A stretch of 63,877 bases of DNA, counting the filler, from Licmophora abbreviata (taxonomy: Eukaryota): assembly GCA_900291995.1 (NCBI GenBank). It is 13 parts of 13 records of this genome, joined end to end, with 100 filler letters (N's around TTAATTAATTAA, not from the genome) between each part and the next. Parts side by side here need not be neighbours in the genome. Positions count along the whole stretch, not along the records: positions 47,674 to 56,003 come from OLMU01004910.1; positions 56,104 to 61,685 come from OLMU01004911.1; 11 more parts are not named here. One strand, written 5' to 3'. The position numbers and the translations under genes were made by a program. Position 1 is the first letter of the stretch. Each line of letters opens with the position of its first letter. Positions 48,103 to 59,712 of the stretch are shown here, piece after piece. The notes under the pieces are model-generated. The model did not search any database, was not told the DNA's origin, and was given only the letters and a program-made list of their open reading frames with translations.

Positions 48103-49355
48103 ATGAGGAACCTGTGGACGCCGGTGATCTTTCTTCTTCTGATACGGACAGGCCATGGCGTGGACGCGAAAGGAAGAAAGGGGGCGAGAAGGTCGTCACC
48201 CGAACGGCTGCGGGGCCAGCAGCTGAAGGTCCAGTCGACGCCAATCCGGCGTGGGCTCGGCTTCTCAAACCGAAATTTGGCCAATAGATATCATGATGGT
48301 GATGTGGGTGAGAGGAGGGAGAGAGTGCTAGCTGCTGGTGAGTTTATCCAATCCGTCTCACAGTAGGTATGGCGGTCGTCCTGCTGATGCGATCCGAATG
48401 TGTCTTCTCACGTTTCATTTTATTGTCGTCGTCCATGACAAACACTTTCGAACATGATTTCCCAGAAGACAACACACCAGAAAGACCTACTGCTTGGCTT
48501 CAAACAGAAATGGATCCGCAACAAGATCAGCTAGACAACTGGATGGAAACAGTCCAGAACTACGAAGAAAATAACGAGAATCGTCCCTCCACCGATACGT
48601 ACAGCTTTGATCTCTCGCCCTTTCAGCTCTTTTTTGTATCACCGACACCTGGTATGCAGGAAATGAAACTTTTGGAATTGACCATGAGGCATCTTACCCG
48701 GTGTCTAAAGCAGGTTTTTTCTGATCAACTCCTTGATCACGTGGAAATGTTTCAATTGATACGAGATGCTGCACCGAATACGAATCGCACGGGTACCATG
48801 GTGGCATTCGGAGGACAAGCGCACTTTTCCTATCTACCGACCCTTGGAATCAACCTGGACATATTGGGGGAAGCCACGTGGCTGGCGTTTCTCGGAGCGA
48901 ACGTTGAAAAATATTTGACAAGATTACAAGCTTCTGGCTTTGCTGATGTCGAACAAGTAGACCTCTACACTCTGGATGGCAGTCACGTATATCTGGAGGA
49001 TGGCGTCCTACGAATCACAGGACAGCCACACGACGAAACGGATGAAAGTCCCTTGATGGACAACATGAGCATGGCCATGTTGGCCGTTGCAATTGGAATT
49101 CCAGTCTTTGTCTTTGCCCTGGTCTGTGTGTTTTACGGGCTACTCCAATGTCGAGGGTACAGTCTGTGTCCCCAGACGGGCATTGATCCACTGTCGACAA
49201 TTTGGCAAAGCAAAAGTTATTTCAACGGACGCCCTGTGACACACAACCAGCTGAGAGGGTCGTCACAGTCGACTCGTAATGGTACTACAGCGGATGGGGA
49301 CCCATGTTGCTCTGAGAGCAACATTAGTAGTAGCACGACTGACCAAGATTCATGA
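48103..49355 (+). CDS. Predicted type I single-pass membrane protein of unknown function (SEA-like ectodomain); intron about 48339-48465
   Basis: Signal peptide MRNLWTPVIFLLLIRTGHG, one TM segment (LAVAIGIPVFVFALVCVFYGLL) and a Ser-rich tail. Confidence 0.55.
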
Positions 49356-49841
49356 TTATACAGGACTCATATTATAAATCCTAACTAGAAAAGAGGAGAA
49401 CGAGATAATTGCTTGAAGCTAGGGAAATTGCTAGCGGCAGTACCATCGTGTAGATACCGGGTAGCCTGCCATCAGGTGCTCTGTGCCGGTAGACCTAGAC
49501 TAATAGCGTCCGTTTTGTTTTTGATCTGTTCAAATTTTTGTTCACGTAGGTTTCTACGTGATTGATTACCAGCCAAAAGATCCCCAATCCGAAGCCACAG
49601 GCGATGAGACACCCGCAACGAAAGCACTTCCGCTATATCTCGCTCAACCCCATCAGCGGCGCAAACAGACCGGCGAACGGAGAGGGACAAGGTAGAACGA
49701 AGAACAGCCCAATCGAGTGCACAGTAGGACGCACCGTAAGAAGACGCTGTGGGAAAGTCGAGCGCTGAATAGGGCGGAAGCAAAGCTTCGGATCAAATTG
49801 AGCTTTTGAGCGACGAAACAAAGTGTAGACGATCGCAGAAA

Positions 49842-52534
49842 ATGCCAAAGAAGTCGAGCAAGCGTTCTGGCCGGAAGGAGCCCGAATCGGCCGCAAAATC
49901 AAAGGTACGTTCTATTTCACAGACTGGAGCAGTACATGCGTCCTCCTCCTCAAAGGTTGGGCTTGATTTTTCGGCTACTTTTGTTTTCCAGGTCTCACAT
50001 TTTTGCCCGAATCACACCGTGTCTCTGCACAGACCACCTTCAAGTTCTGTCCCTATACGGGAGAAAAGATCTGGCTAACGACTGTCACGTTGACAGAAAT
50101 CAAACGTGTTGCAAAAACAGGCGAGTGTCCTTCTTCCAAAAAGAAAGAACTGATTCGCATTCCCAGCAAGGCAGAACGTGACAAGCTCTACTACAACGCC
50201 TGCGATGCCATTGCCACGCGCGAACTCCAGTGCTTGCCAAATTACGGGGGACGACCGTGGAAGGTGCAATGCAAACTCACAGAGCCCAAACAGAGTAAGG
50301 CGCCCCTCTTTCGATGGTTCCGCGGACAGTTGGAACTTGCGTGCTTGCCTCATTTGCTCGAACGCATCCCAGAGCCTCCCCGGCTGCGCGGAAAATCTAT
50401 GCTGGACGACGTCGACGAAGACGAGTACATTCCGACGACGGCCCTACAGGAGCGTGCCGTGTCGGCACTGTCGGAGATCGCCTGGAACGATCGTGAATTT
50501 GGTATTCCTCAAGTTACGGTCAAGTACATGTCCCCCAATCATACCACGTGGATTGGCAGTCGCAAAGCGGCGTACGAACTGAGGGATGAGTTGATGGAAC
50601 GCACGCTACTCTTGGACAAGATCCTGCACGGATACGGTGCGCGGGGTCAAGAATTGAGACCCGTCAAAGCGCCGAAGCAACAAGCCCTGCATGTTGGGAA
50701 ACTGCGGTTTGAGCGCGATGGACTCTGGGTAGTGGGACAAGAAGAAGCATGGCAGGAGGAGCGAACGGAGCAGTTGTTGAAGATTCAAAAAGAAATGGAA
50801 GAGCGCAAGAGTAAGATTGGGTCGAAATGTGAACAGATCGAGAACGCACCAGAGGTGAAGAGGCCGCTGTCGGGACTGCGCTTCTTTATCCAGTCGGAGC
50901 GTGAGGCATACCGAGCGAAAAAGATGGCCCAGCTACAACGCCGAGCAGAAACCACAGAAAGCCAAACGACGAATGCACCAGATGCCGAGAGTGAGGGTGC
51001 CACGAATGAAAGTACTACTAGGGTGGCAAGCTCGCCGAAGCCTCCCCGCATGACGTTACGAGATGCGGAACGGGAATTACGAGATGTCTGGAAGGCCTTA
51101 TCCGATGACGAACAGAAGCAATGGAAAGATCGAGCACTGCAGGACTTTGAGCGACAAGAACATGACGGGCAAGAGGCCGACAGTGCAACAACAGAAGAGA
51201 TCTTGGTCGATCCCCCGACTGTGCTGGAAAAAGTTCCGACAGATATCAAAGATGCCGACGATCAATACGCTTCTGTCACCAAGGCAGTCTCGGCTACCGC
51301 TGCCGTAGAACCTGGCCCACTCGGTGTCGTTTTAGTGAACGACGTCACCCAAACTCAGTCCACCGCCACCAAAGATACTGCTACTGAATCGAACAAACCT
51401 GACTCGCAAGTCCTTGAGGTGACACTTCCTTCCGTTATGGTGGCTGCAACCTCGAATGAAAACGAACGCTCGCTAGTATCTCCGTCGCCTCCGGCGCACT
51501 CTTCGGAGGAGGACAGTGTCATGAATACCGAAATTTCCGTGCCTGCTCCCGTCGCCACTGTTGCGAAGAAACGACGCGCTCCCTCGGCATGTCCACCTCG
51601 TCGGATTCAACGATCTTCGCACTGGCGGCTAAAGCCCGAGAACATTGACCTATGCTACCAAGCTGCTATGGATCATTATGACACAGTCATGAACACAGTC
51701 AAGGCGCGAGCGTTGCACAATGAGCTTCAGGACGGGTTCGATCTACTGCGGGAGCGAGGTCGCGGTCGCTTTGACATGGAGCTTCCCGTCTTTGATACTC
51801 CCCAGTTTTCCTTCCTGACGGATATTTACAAGGCTGCCTGGATGCCTATTGTCCGGCAGATACTGGGGGATGAGGTGGTTCTCATTCACAAGGGTGTCTT
51901 CTTGTCCATGCCAGGGGCCGCATCCCAAGAGTATCACCAAGACGGTCCTCACCTCAACAAGAAACAACAACGTCCGTGTCATGCCATCAACGTGTTTATT
52001 CCACTGGTCGATTTACACTCACGCAATGGCCCCACAGAGTTCTGTCTGGGCACACACTTTCTAAACTACGAGGGTTATGTTCGCGATCGAACGGAAATGC
52101 CTCAAGCTGCGGCGGGGACGCCCGTGATTTTCGACTACCGTCTGGGCCATCGCGGTATGGCAAATACCAGTCAGTACTGTCGTCCTATAGTGTACTGCAC
52201 GTACGCAGCGACGGCGAATGGAAAGGAATTTCGCGACTCTGTCAACTTTTCGCGCAAACGCTACCATCGCATTGGAGATCTAGTCGAGAAGCCATTGTCT
52301 CGGGAGGAGCGCGTGAAACGTCGTCGACAGACTATTCAGGAGCAGAAGACTACTGAGTCGGAGGATGAAGTCATGTCGGAAGATATAGAAGAGATTGCTT
52401 CCGAGGCGACTCAAGAGACAAAAAAAGAAACGATTCCCAGTTTCGAAGGTGCGCCTGCAGCGAGCTTAGGCCCCGGCAAAGTGGAAGAAACGAGCGTTGC
52501 GGCAGCAGCGATGACAGTGACCACCTCCCAATAA
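49842..52534 (+). CDS. HMG-box plus PhyH-like 2OG-Fe(II) dioxygenase fusion protein; probable intron 49905-50032
   Basis: KRPLSGLRFF...WKALSDDEQKQW (HMG-box). QEYHQDG, INVFIPLVD...NGPTEF..GTH and IFDYRLGHRGMAN...RPIVYCTY (PhyH fold HxD...H...R). Confidence 0.8.
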
Positions 52535-52861
52535 GGCACTTTTAGAATTCAATAATACTCTAGCGAGAGATCAGAAGAGCTTGTGCTGTGACTGTTGTGT
52601 TCCTGCCCCACGAGTTTGGCGGCAAGACAAGTTTGAATGAATCATGATATGACATGTCGCATGCGACATTCTGTTGGTGAGTCGAGAGAGTCAATTCAAT
52701 GCGCACCTTCAAACTTGAGAACGCGCGGAACCACACATGACACAAAACTCAAAACTGACATCGACACAATCTTGCACTCTCCATGCGATCGTAGTATCTT
52801 ACGATTTTCCATTCATTGCAATCGCCCATACTCCTGTCGCCTTACCCTTCGCCTTGTTTCG

Positions 52862-53479
52862 ATGATGAAATTCCTGCTGGCATCCCTCCTGCCGTACTTG
52901 ACCTGTTCCTATGTCTTTGGACCCCCGCGATCTTTCCGATCTCGCGCGCCATCATCTGCTGCTCCCCGCGCGACTGACAGCACGTTCCTCCGACCGGCAG
53001 CAGGATGCTGGACGAACATGGGCATGACGGCCACACCTTCCGCCTCTCTTTCCGAGCAGCTGAGCAACTTGCTTGAAAACCTCACAGGAGCAAGTCTGCT
53101 GCAGAACTCGTCCGCATCCTGGCGCAGCGCCATCTACGACGCCATCGGTGCTCCGGCCAGTGCGGACGAAACGACTGTCGCCAAGACACTGCAAGACGCC
53201 ATGTCGCGCGATGACAGTCAGTTTGCTATCCTCATGGGCAAGGGGGAAGACTTTGCTGCGAACTTTCCTAGTGACCCTGTCGATTTCTTGGAAGATGGCA
53301 CGTGCTGGATCGAGTGTCGCTTGCGGGAAAGGGGATCTGATGAACTACTCGTCACCATGTCCATTCAGCTCAAGGAGGAAGAAGATGGAGCGTGGATGAT
53401 CTCGTCGTTGGACTGGCAAGACTTTCGTGATGCCTTTTACCCGGGTCTGTCTGGACGGGAGTGGCTTCGGGCCTTTTAA
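52862..53479 (+). CDS. Uncharacterised protein with signal/transit peptide, probably plastid-targeted
   Basis: Hydrophobic N-terminus, Ser/Arg-rich transit region, and a conserved-looking C-terminus WMISSLDWQDFRDAFYPGLSGREWLRAF. Confidence 0.6.
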   Translation: MMKFLLASLLPYLTCSYVFGPPRSFRSRAPSSAAPRATDSTFLRPAAGCWTNMGMTATPSASLSEQLSNLLENLTGASLLQNSSASWRSAIYDAIGAPASADETTVAKTLQDAMSRDDSQFAILMGKGEDFAANFPSDPVDFLEDGTCWIECRLRERGSDELLVTMSIQLKEEEDGAWMISSLDWQDFRDAFYPGLSGREWLRAF

Positions 53480-53832
53480 GCGGATTGCTACATCCGTCTT
53501 TTTGCTCGTAGACTAGGACACTTTGATTACAACCCTACTATTCGCACCGACTCGATGGAGCTATTCACAAACTATGAGCAGGCTAGCGTATTCCACATTA
53601 ATTTGAAAGCACGACAGTATGGCGACGATTGATGAAAACCTTCGGCCCCAACCCAATGAGAGAGGCACGACATGCGTCCTCCTTCTCAGACAAAGCTAGG
53701 TGCGATGTAGATACACTTTCGTCTATTTAGGAAAAAGTACGTCCACACGTAGTTTCCAAAAGTTTGTCAATTTAGATCGACTGCGTTCACTGTATGAAAG
53801 CGTCTTTGTAATATATTCTAGGATCTGACGGA

Positions 53833-55933
53833 TCAATGGCTAGATATCGTCACAGACCGCGGAACATGCTCTCCGTCTCGACTCAGTTCCTGGGACACTT
53901 CGTCGCCGTCAGCAGTCGTCGCCGTTTCTTCACCATCCTGGTTAGCCTGACCATCTTTCAAGTCATTCACTTGGACAGACTGAAACAGCTCCAAGATTTT
54001 CTTGGACCTTGGATGGAACGACGCTTCAGCATAGATAATAGGCGTGAATCCTCTGGCATCTCTTGCTGCAACACCTTGCTGGAAGGCCTCGACAAGTACC
54101 TGCACCACGTCAAAGCATGCCCCCTCGGTCACTGCCAAGTGCAATGGCAAGAGACCGTGCGAGTCGGGGCACGAAGCACCCTTGGGATACGCGCGTAGCA
54201 GGGTCTGCACGGTTGAGGCAGAACCGCTGCACTGTACTGCCAAGTGGAGCGGCAACAGTTGGAAGTCGTCAATGGCTACTTTGGAAGCCTCGGGGCAAAT
54301 CTCCAGGAGTTTCTTGACTACGTGGGATGGAGCTTTTCCACGACACGCCATGTGCAATGCAAAACGTCGTCGGCCGTGCAGAGGGTGCTTCGTCCAGACC
54401 GTGGCTTCTTCTGGGTGTGTGTTGACACGTTCCAAGGCCGCATCCCACTGTCGACGACAGAGCAGTGTACCTAGCTCACTGGGCGCCGCCGCCCAGTAGC
54501 TTATGCCCCTATTGAATTCAGACAGGAGCATCCTTTGGTGAGGATGATTGCCATTACTGACATAATCTTCCGCCAAGAAACCTTTGTCGTCCTTGATCAG
54601 CATGGCGTCGGGGTAGGCATCCATCAAGTAGGTAATGACGGGATGCCGACATCCTTCTGAGAGACAGGCCAAGTGCAAAGGAAGAAGACCCGTCAAGTCG
54701 GGAGCACGAATGGCAACAGTGTGCTGTTCGGCGAGGTACTGCACAACATCCAATGTGCATCCTGACTGACAAGCTACATGCAACGGGAGCATTCCATAGA
54801 ATTCCCTCGTGTGAACGCTTTCAGGGTAGTTTCCTACCAAGGCCTGAATGACATTCAGTGGCGCTTTACGACGCAGTGCCATGTGTAGCGGCAGGGAGTG
54901 GCAGGGAGGATCCCGCGGGGCATTGCACAGGGTCCAGACTTGGGCTTCGCGGGGTTGTTTGGCGAGCCGTTCGAGCGACTCGGTCCATCGACGCGACGTG
55001 ACGAGCAAAACGAGCTTTGTCGGTCCCTCTGGGTCTTTACCAGCGCGGCCGAGACTCTGCTTGAGGAGCTTCCAGCGACGCGATGTGGAGGACCTACTAA
55101 TACAAGGATTAAAAGGCGGGACTGGATGTGAGCAACAACCATGACAAAAAGACCTCGCAACACGATACAACACAACCTCACCTTGGTTCTGATGGAATGG
55201 TCTGCAACACGACGTCCGAGAGAGAAATGGAATGTCGAAGACTTTTCGGAGATGGGGGGCTTGTTGCACTTCTGCCCTCCAACAGTTCCATCAGTTCCGG
55301 TGGAACGTTTTCTCGCTCCTCCATGAATTCCAGCGCAGTTTTGCCATACTCGCAGCTGGAAGGAACGTAGCGACCTGTCGGAAAGGTTTCCAAGAGCAAA
55401 GAGACGACCCCGAGTCGCCCAATGTCTTCGCAGGCTCTCTGGCAAGCCAAATGCAGGGGCAAGAATCCCTGACCATTCTTGCACACCACGGAGGAAGGAC
55501 ATGCCTCGACTAAGAACTGAATGACCTCCAAGGACGCTCCAAAGTGAACGGCCACGTGTAGAGGCAGCCAAGCCGTCAAATCACCGCGCAGCACGCTCGC
55601 CGCATCACCCAACGATCCAACGCTTGTACTGTCTTCACTGCTCACCAAGGAGCCTCCACTCGAATGACTCAAGGATCGTACGCGTTCTCTTCGTTTGCTA
55701 GTTTGATGAGTCGAAGACAGTGTCGACATCGAACACCGGAGAGGTCCCTCTGGGTCAGCCTTTACCAAGGCCTGGACAACTTGTAACGGGACAGCAGAGT
55801 TTCCACAAGCCACGTGCATTGGGGAATAGACGGTGGTGGGACTCAGTTTCACTTCAACAACTGCCTCCTTGGGATGGTGTTCCAGTCTTTGACACACCGC
55901 ATCCCAGTCTTCACGCAACAACAACGACACCAC
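53833..55933 (-). CDS. Ankyrin-like repeat protein (diatom LPLHxA-type repeats); intron 55094-55181; 5' end uncertain
   Basis: About 9 repeats of GxLPLHLAC...VVxxLxxxYP in three blocks, each opened by W...xxRL..HPxEA. Confidence 0.8.
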
Positions 55934-56122
55934 AGTCGACCGACTAGCGCCGCTACCGTACGAAGTAAGAGTAGCGCTAGATACAAGCTTGGAATGATCT
56001 GTTNNNNNNNNNNNNNNNNNNNNNNNNNNNNNNNNNNNNNNNNNNNNTTAATTAATTAANNNNNNNNNNNNNNNNNNNNNNNNNNNNNNNNNNNNNNNNN
56101 NNNAATCTCAAACAAGGAATCG

Positions 56123-57406
56123 CTATAATCCTTCAATACTATCAAAACCAAAGAACTTTACCGCATTCTTTGTCATTTGCCGCGCCACCTCGTTTCGTTC
56201 CAGCAGTTCTTGCCCTCGCTCGTGTCGTCCGGCATTCAGACAATCCACCACTGCATCCACCACCAACGGCAAGCTGCTCGGCATATTTGGATAGTTTCCT
56301 TTGACCAATCGCTTCCGTTTCTTGCTAGTAAGTAGCTCCACACTGTCAGCATGTTTGTTCAAGTAATGTGTACGGCAGGTCTCAAAGCCCATGTATGGAG
56401 CATCGGTCTCGACCATCAGTCGATCGAGTGGAATAAGGCCATCCTGTAGACACTGCCGCACATCAGCCCCTGCCTCCTTGCAGATGAAGCCCGACACGGA
56501 GAGGTGATACCCTCGTTCCACGTACTGACGACACTCCTCCGACGTCCCGGTAAAGCAGTGAATGATAATGGACACCTCAGTAGCATCCTTCAATATCTCC
56601 ATTGTCTCACCAAAAGCGAGTCGTTCGTGAACAAACAGCGGGAGCTTGTGCGTATTAGCCAGTGCGACCTGCGCCTCAAAGTATGGAATCTGTTGTTCAA
56701 GCGGTGGAAAGCCCTCACTGGCATCCAACCCACATTCGCCGACAGCAGCAGCAAAACGAATGCCGTTATTGTAGTTCTGCAGCAGATCTCCAAGTGTCTC
56801 CATGGCGTCCTCTACAGTAGTCGTATCGTCGTCATTGACATGATAGGGATGAATCCCCACGGTCGTGCGAATCTGAAGACTTTGTTCTGTATCATCATTG
56901 CTGCTACTCATCACGGAACGGTGCACCCTAGTCCGTAGTAGCTCAAGTCCCAAACGCGACTCTTGTAGTGTCGAGGACGGAGAAAGCACAGCCACAATGT
57001 TTTGTTCTATTACGGCGTCATGTGACAGAATCTCCAGTGATGGATAATCTTCGTTGTCTGGAGTCGTACAAGACGAAAGAAGGAGAGGCTGCTGCAAGTC
57101 ATCGTGCCACAAATTACAGTCGACGTCGATCAGAGGGGGCAACGACGATGAGGGAAATGTCGACGACATTCGTCTTGTTTCCAAGGCGGTTACCGAAAAG
57201 GTGGACACTATGGATCGACCTAGCGGGGTGCGACGTTGAGGTCTGCAATGAGGCGTTCCAGTCAAGAAGCAGCCACCTCTCGATGTGCCGAGTCCTCTCC
57301 TACTAGCTGTGATGGGCAGCAGGGTACTTCGTCGTCTTCCCGCCAAAACGAGCTTCGAATGAAGGAACAGCTCGGCAAAAGAGCTGCTACCATACAAGTA
57401 AGCCAC
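56123..57406 (-). CDS. tatD: TatD family DNase (start uncertain, core from 57169)
   Basis: LIDVDCNL, TTVGIHP, AVGECGLD, LPLFVHER, IIHCFTG and LMVETDAPYM motifs. Confidence 0.92.
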   Translation of the reverse strand: MAYLYGSSSFAELFLHSKLVLAGRRRSTLLPITASRRGLGTSRGGCFLTGTPHCRPQRRTPLGRSIVSTFSVTALETRRMSSTFPSSSLPPLIDVDCNLWHDDLQQPLLLSSCTTPDNEDYPSLEILSHDAVIEQNIVAVLSPSSTLQESRLGLELLRTRVHRSVMSSSNDDTEQSLQIRTTVGIHPYHVNDDDTTTVEDAMETLGDLLQNYNNGIRFAAAVGECGLDASEGFPPLEQQIPYFEAQVALANTHKLPLFVHERLAFGETMEILKDATEVSIIIHCFTGTSEECRQYVERGYHLSVSGFICKEAGADVRQCLQDGLIPLDRLMVETDAPYMGFETCRTHYLNKHADSVELLTSKKRKRLVKGNYPNMPSSLPLVVDAVVDCLNAGRHERGQELLERNEVARQMTKNAVKFFGFDSIEGL

Positions 57407-57755
57407 GCGCTCCTTGATAATGGCGAAGGGAACTTCATGCGACCGGAGCGGCGGACGCTGTTACCATCGTCGTTGTCATCTCTCTGCATGTGTGTCGCAT
57501 GTCGCACTGCATCGTTTTGGGAGACACGGCCAGACGCGTTTGCGATGGTGTCTTCGCCCGAGATTGATGCGACTCGACTCATCCTGCGAAGTAAACCCTG
57601 TACCTCTACGCAGTAGCTAGAGACAACATAACTTTAGATAGAACGCCTAGAGGCCTAGAGCGGATTGTTCTTGCATGCACATTCAATCCCTCTGTAGTAT
57701 CCGGCGAAAGAAAGAAGAAGAAGACGTGTAAAATCACAATGTCTGCCTTACGAAC

Positions 57756-58764
57756 TCACGACGCCTGCTTCCAGAAATCGACAAGAGCCTTGGCGACTCT
57801 TTCGGGTTCTTCAATCCATGGCAAATGACCTTGTCCGATCACCAACTTGTTACCTCCAAAGTAACCTCCAACCGTTTCCTGCTGCTCCAGAGTCATCACG
57901 TCGATGTCCTCCGATCCCACCAGGAAGAGACACGGGAACGTCTTGGGAAATTCTTCCAGCCACTCGAGCTTCCATTCGAATGGAGACGGACTTCCGAAGC
58001 CAAAGAAAGATGGCATGATGCGCGCAAGAGAGACTGCCATGACAGGGAATTGTTGCGAGTTTTTTGTGTCGTCCATAGAAAGTCAATCGTCTCGTCTGGA
58101 ACCTTTTCCATGTCGCTATGAAAATGCGTTTTAAACAAGTCCACCGGCAGGGATCGAGGAGGAGGTTGAGCCATCATTTGCTTTCCAATCCACGAAGAGA
58201 GCATGCGAATGAGAAACGGAATCTTCATTCCAGTGAAACCGACAGGTGCTCCAACGAGCGACAAGGATTTCATCTTCTCGGGGAAGGCCCGGGCGAGCCA
58301 CACGCAAATGCAGCCGCCCATGGAATTTCCCACCAGATGTACCTTGGTGGTAATATTGAGCGCGTCCAAGACACTAACAATGAACTGACTGTAGAAATCG
58401 TCGACGGCCGTGCTCGAAAAATCGTAGGGGTCCGACAGCCCACTTCCGGGACGCTCCAACAAGAGAACACGATACTTGTTGCTGGACGACACGTCCAGTA
58501 GCGATGGTAGCAAAGCTGCAAAGTCATCCGGACTGCCTCCTCCTCCATGCACAAAGAGTACAGGCTCTCCATTATCAGGACCGAGCTGCAAGAGTCGAAC
58601 CTCGGCTGGCAGGGAAAACGATGCCTGGGGGTCGGCGGCGGCAAGAGAGATCTTGAGTTCCTTGAGCTGTTTTCCAGACTGTAGTGCTTCCAGACGGCCT
58701 CTTCGGCAGTCTTCAGAGCCTCAAGATCCTCTTTGCTGTGCTCGGTTGAGATCTTGGCTCCCAT
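57756..58764 (-). CDS. Alpha/beta hydrolase; two apparent one-base frameshifts (about 58671 and 58080)
   Basis: PVLFVHGGGG, ERPGSGLSD, nucleophile GNSMGG, FLVGSED and GHLPWIEEPE lie in three successive frames. Confidence 0.85.
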
Positions 58765-59712
58765 TGTGATACAGTATGATACTTCTTGCTGATTTTATGA
58801 CGATCACAACGGCACAACATTCACAAGTTGAATTCTAGTCGCGTTTCTATGTCCAATTCTCATTTCTCGTCGGAATTTCTAGATGGTGTTCGACTTCTGC
58901 GAACACAAGTCTGATGAATCGAATCAAATCTGATGTTTTGGCCCAATGACTTAGAATTGATGGAGATTTGTTGGCCGCTTGCGGGAGCACTCGCTCATCC
59001 AACCAGGAGGCAATAGTTACCTCCTAAAGTATGAGGTAGGAAGAGGTGGACACGCAGCTGCAGCTACTCTCGGTAATACATATGGTCGCAATGATCTGCA
59101 ACTGTGACTGAATCGACTCACTCGACTCACTCTGAGCCAAAGATTTGTCTTCGGAAGGATACTAGTATCGTACGTTAGCCTCCTCAGATTACTATCAGAG
59201 TACCACTCGTTTCTCTTGGTGTCCGCTTTCGTTGCCACTGCGCATCGACTTCTGTGCATTGTTCTCAAGTCGCAATGCGTGTAGTTGATCTTGCTCCTCA
59301 CACCATCTAGCTACTCTCTTGATTTTCAAGCAGCTTTGCTTTGGAGACGCACCCTAATTCTGATTCCGTGACGTGTCGAGCTCTTCGCGGAGACGCTCCA
59401 TCTGCGCCACATGAGCATCCTTGACAAGCTGGAGTTCTGTATTCTTCTCCTCGAGGATCGTCTGCAAGTTCTTACAGTCATCGACCTGCGGCAGATATGC
59501 ACTTGACCTGCACATCCGATTTAATCCGGGTCTGGAACGGCGACGCGTGACTGACCTGAATCAGTCGTTGGTTTCCTATACTAGTGACTCGACTGACGCT
59601 TCACTTTTTTCAGCAGAACTCTCTTGTTTTCCACTTATGAGGATGTGAACAAGACTTCGCAGTAGACGAAGATCCTTCTGCTCTCATTTCAATCTTGCCT
59701 CTCACCACCACC

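Noticed and set aside
49992..50004. Apparent frameshift at the T-run after acceptor 49991
   Set aside because: An alternative acceptor at 50032 gives an in-frame splice, so no frameshift is needed.
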